64,000 bases of DNA. Origin: Nibricoccus sp. GTDB taxonomy: Bacteria > Verrucomicrobiota > Verrucomicrobiia > Opitutales > Opitutaceae. The position numbers were made by a program, and so were the translations under genes. The notes beneath the pieces were generated by a model. The model was given only the letters and a program-made list of their open reading frames with translations, did not search any database and was not told the origin of the DNA. Of this stretch, positions 61,221 to 64,000 are shown piece by piece (positions within the stretch are counted from its first letter, which is position 1; each line of letters starts with the position of its first letter). The stretch spans positions 3,040,001 through 3,104,000 of the forward strand of contig JASGHG010000001.1 of assembly GCA_047602425.1 (NCBI GenBank), read 5' to 3'.

Positions 61221-61248
61221 TTGCCAAACCCGTGTACCGAGGTTTTCT
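61221..61248 (+). promoter_or_regulatory. Putative promoter of the gap operon
   Basis: TTGCCA-N16-TTTTCT; a similar TTGCCC-N17-TTTTCT lies upstream of tyrS. Confidence 0.35.
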
Positions 61249-61309
61249 CTCACACTTCCCGCGTCTTCGCGCGGCAGTTCATTTCTTAATCAGCACATAA
61301 ACATAGTAG

Positions 61310-62371
<1,062 letters not shown>

Positions 62372-62410
62372 CTAGCTCTGACGCAGCCCTCACTGGGCTG
62401 AAAAGATTTC

Positions 62411-62452
62411 AAGGGGCTGAAGGCCGATTCATTTCGCCTTCAGCCCTTTTTT
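62411..62452 (+). terminator. Intra-operon terminator or stabilising hairpin between gap and pgk
   Basis: AAGGGGCTGAAGGC/GCCTTCAGCCCTTT stem followed by a T-run. Confidence 0.8.
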
Positions 62453-62509
62453 ATTCTGCGCTGGACCTCTCATTTTCGTCCTCTACTATCGCAGGCTTTT
62501 TCCATTCCC

Positions 62510-63778
62510 ATGGCCAAATTCAAATCCATCCGCGATCTCAATCTCGCCGGCAAACGCGTGTTCATCCGCGTTGACTTCAACGTCCCACAGGACAAGGCCA
62601 CCGGCGCCATAACCAATAATGCCCGCATCGTGGCCGCTCTGCCCACGGTCCAATACGCTCTCGAAAAAGGTGCTTCCGTCGTTCTCGCCAGCCACCTCGG
62701 CCGTCCGGACGGCAAGGCCAGCGAAAAGTTCTCGCTGAAGCCGGTCGCGGTCGAAGTCGAAAAGCTTCTCGGCAAGCCCGTGAAGTTCCTCAACGACTGC
62801 GTCGGCGCCGAAGTTGAAAAAACCTGCGCTGCGCTCAAGCCCGGCGAAGTGGTTCTCCTCGAAAACCTTCGTTTCCACATCGAGGAAGAAGGCAAGATCA
62901 AGGAAAAGCAGGCCGACGGCACGGAGAAATCCATCAAGGCCGACCCGAAGAATATCGACGCCTTCCGCGCCTCGCTCTCGAAGCTGGCTGACGTCTACAT
63001 CAACGACGCCTTTGGCACCGCGCACCGCGCCCACAGCTCGATGGTCGGCGTTTCCCTCAAGGAAAAAGCCGCCGGTTTCCTCATGGAAGCCGAACTCAAT
63101 GCTTTCGCCAAAGTCCTCGATCATCCGCACCGTCCGCTCCTCGCCATCCTCGGTGGCGCCAAGATCGCCGACAAGATTCCGCTCATCAAAAACCTCCTCG
63201 ACACCGCCGACACCATCATCATCGGCGGCGGCATGAGCTACACCTTCAAGAAGGTGCTGCTCGACATGCACATTGGCGACAGCCTCTTCGACGCCGAAGG
63301 CGCCAAGCTCGTTCCCGAACTGATGGCCAAGGCCAAATCCCGCGGCGTGAAGATTCTCCTCCCAATCGACCACGTATGCGGCAACGCCTTTCCGAAAACG
63401 CCCGACACCAAAGTCGAAATCGAGCTCGATAACGACACCCCGGGCATTCCCGACGGCTGGATGGGCCTCGACGTCGGCCCGCAGACGCGCGCGATGTACC
63501 GCGACGCGATCATGAGCTCCAAGACCATCATCTGGAACGGACCTCCGGGCGTGTTCGAAGACGAACGCTTTGCCGCCGGCACCAAGGCTATGGCGGACGC
63601 CATTGCGCTCGCGACGGTTAACGGCGCGGTCACCGTCGTCGGCGGTGGCGACACCGCTACGGCCGCGAAGAAATTCAAGGTCGCCAAAGTCGTGACCCAC
63701 TGCTCCACCGGCGGCGGCGCCAGCCTCGAGCTCCTCGAAGGCAAGGTCCTCCCTGGCGTGGCATTCCTGGAGTCCTGA
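62510..63778 (+). CDS. pgk: Phosphoglycerate kinase
   Basis: [39 protein letters not shown]. Confidence 0.98.
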   Translation: MAKFKSIRDLNLAGKRVFIRVDFNVPQDKATGAITNNARIVAALPTVQYALEKGASVVLASHLGRPDGKASEKFSLKPVAVEVEKLLGKPVKFLNDCVGAEVEKTCAALKPGEVVLLENLRFHIEEEGKIKEKQADGTEKSIKADPKNIDAFRASLSKLADVYINDAFGTAHRAHSSMVGVSLKEKAAGFLMEAELNAFAKVLDHPHRPLLAILGGAKIADKIPLIKNLLDTADTIIIGGGMSYTFKKVLLDMHIGDSLFDAEGAKLVPELMAKAKSRGVKILLPIDHVCGNAFPKTPDTKVEIELDNDTPGIPDGWMGLDVGPQTRAMYRDAIMSSKTIIWNGPPGVFEDERFAAGTKAMADAIALATVNGAVTVVGGGDTATAAKKFKVAKVVTHCSTGGGASLELLEGKVLPGVAFLES

Positions 63779-63789
63779 CGGACTCTGCT

Positions 63790-63874
63790 GGTCATGGGTG
63801 ATAGGTTATGGGTCATGGGTAAAAACCACGGACCTCAACTGTCACCCATCACCAATCAACCGTAACCCATCACC
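63790..63874. repeat. Inverted pair of heptamer arrays (GGTCATG / TCACCCA)
   Basis: ggtcatg-ggtgata-ggttatg-ggtcatg-ggt ... tcaccca-tcaccaa-tcaaccg-taaccca-tcacc. Confidence 0.88.
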
Positions 63875-63882
63875 TTCTTCCT

Positions 63883-64000
63883 ATGATTCGCAAAAAGCTC
63901 ATCGCTGGTAACTGGAAAATGAACAAGACCTCGGCCGAGGCTCTCTCCCTTTCGAAGGAGATCGTCGCCGAAGTCGGCAAAGTCATCGACGTCGACATCG
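63883..64000 (+). CDS. tpiA: Triosephosphate isomerase, 5' end (partial)
   Basis: MIRKKLIAGNWKMNKT; follows pgk. Confidence 0.95.
   Translation, partial: MIRKKLIAGNWKMNKTSAEALSLSKEIVAEVGKVIDVDI

Overview
GC-rich bacterial chromosome segment, most likely Verrucomicrobiota (Opitutaceae-like). This is inferred from gene order, the long MSPFEV-type TonB receptor and intergenic repeat styles. Contents in order: end of the spc/alpha cluster (secY', degenerate adk-like gene, map, rpsM, rpsK, rpsD, rpoA, rplQ); guaA-hisD-hisC-hisB-hisH; gltA; pdxJ-acpS-hyp-nnr-dprA; two oxidoreductases; tRNA-Met; rpsB-tsf; tRNA-Ser followed by a ~13 kb glycan/outer-membrane block (TBDR, GH51, GH3, TMTC-like TPR protein, large TBDR); oligopeptidase A; tamB-tamA; tyrS; peroxiredoxin-acnA; STAS protein; thpR; L,D-transpeptidase; gmhA; cysteine desulfurase-recF-TauE; tRNA-Arg; a small accessory cluster; gap-pgk-tpiA'. 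No integrase, transposase, CRISPR array or rRNA was seen. Most notable: (1) the gap-pgk-tpi operon holds a eukaryote-type PGK and a euglenozoan-glycosomal/spirochaete-type GAPDH ending in -AKL; (2) an apparently catalytically dead adenylate kinase occupies the canonical secY-map slot; (3) SecY has an extra C-terminal TM helix; (4) many gene-less 7-mer and 9-mer periodic repeat elements, REP doublets and a CTAG-ended MITE-like element sit in intergenic gaps; (5) translation initiation looks largely Shine-Dalgarno-independent. All similarity calls come from recognition of motifs; no searches were run.
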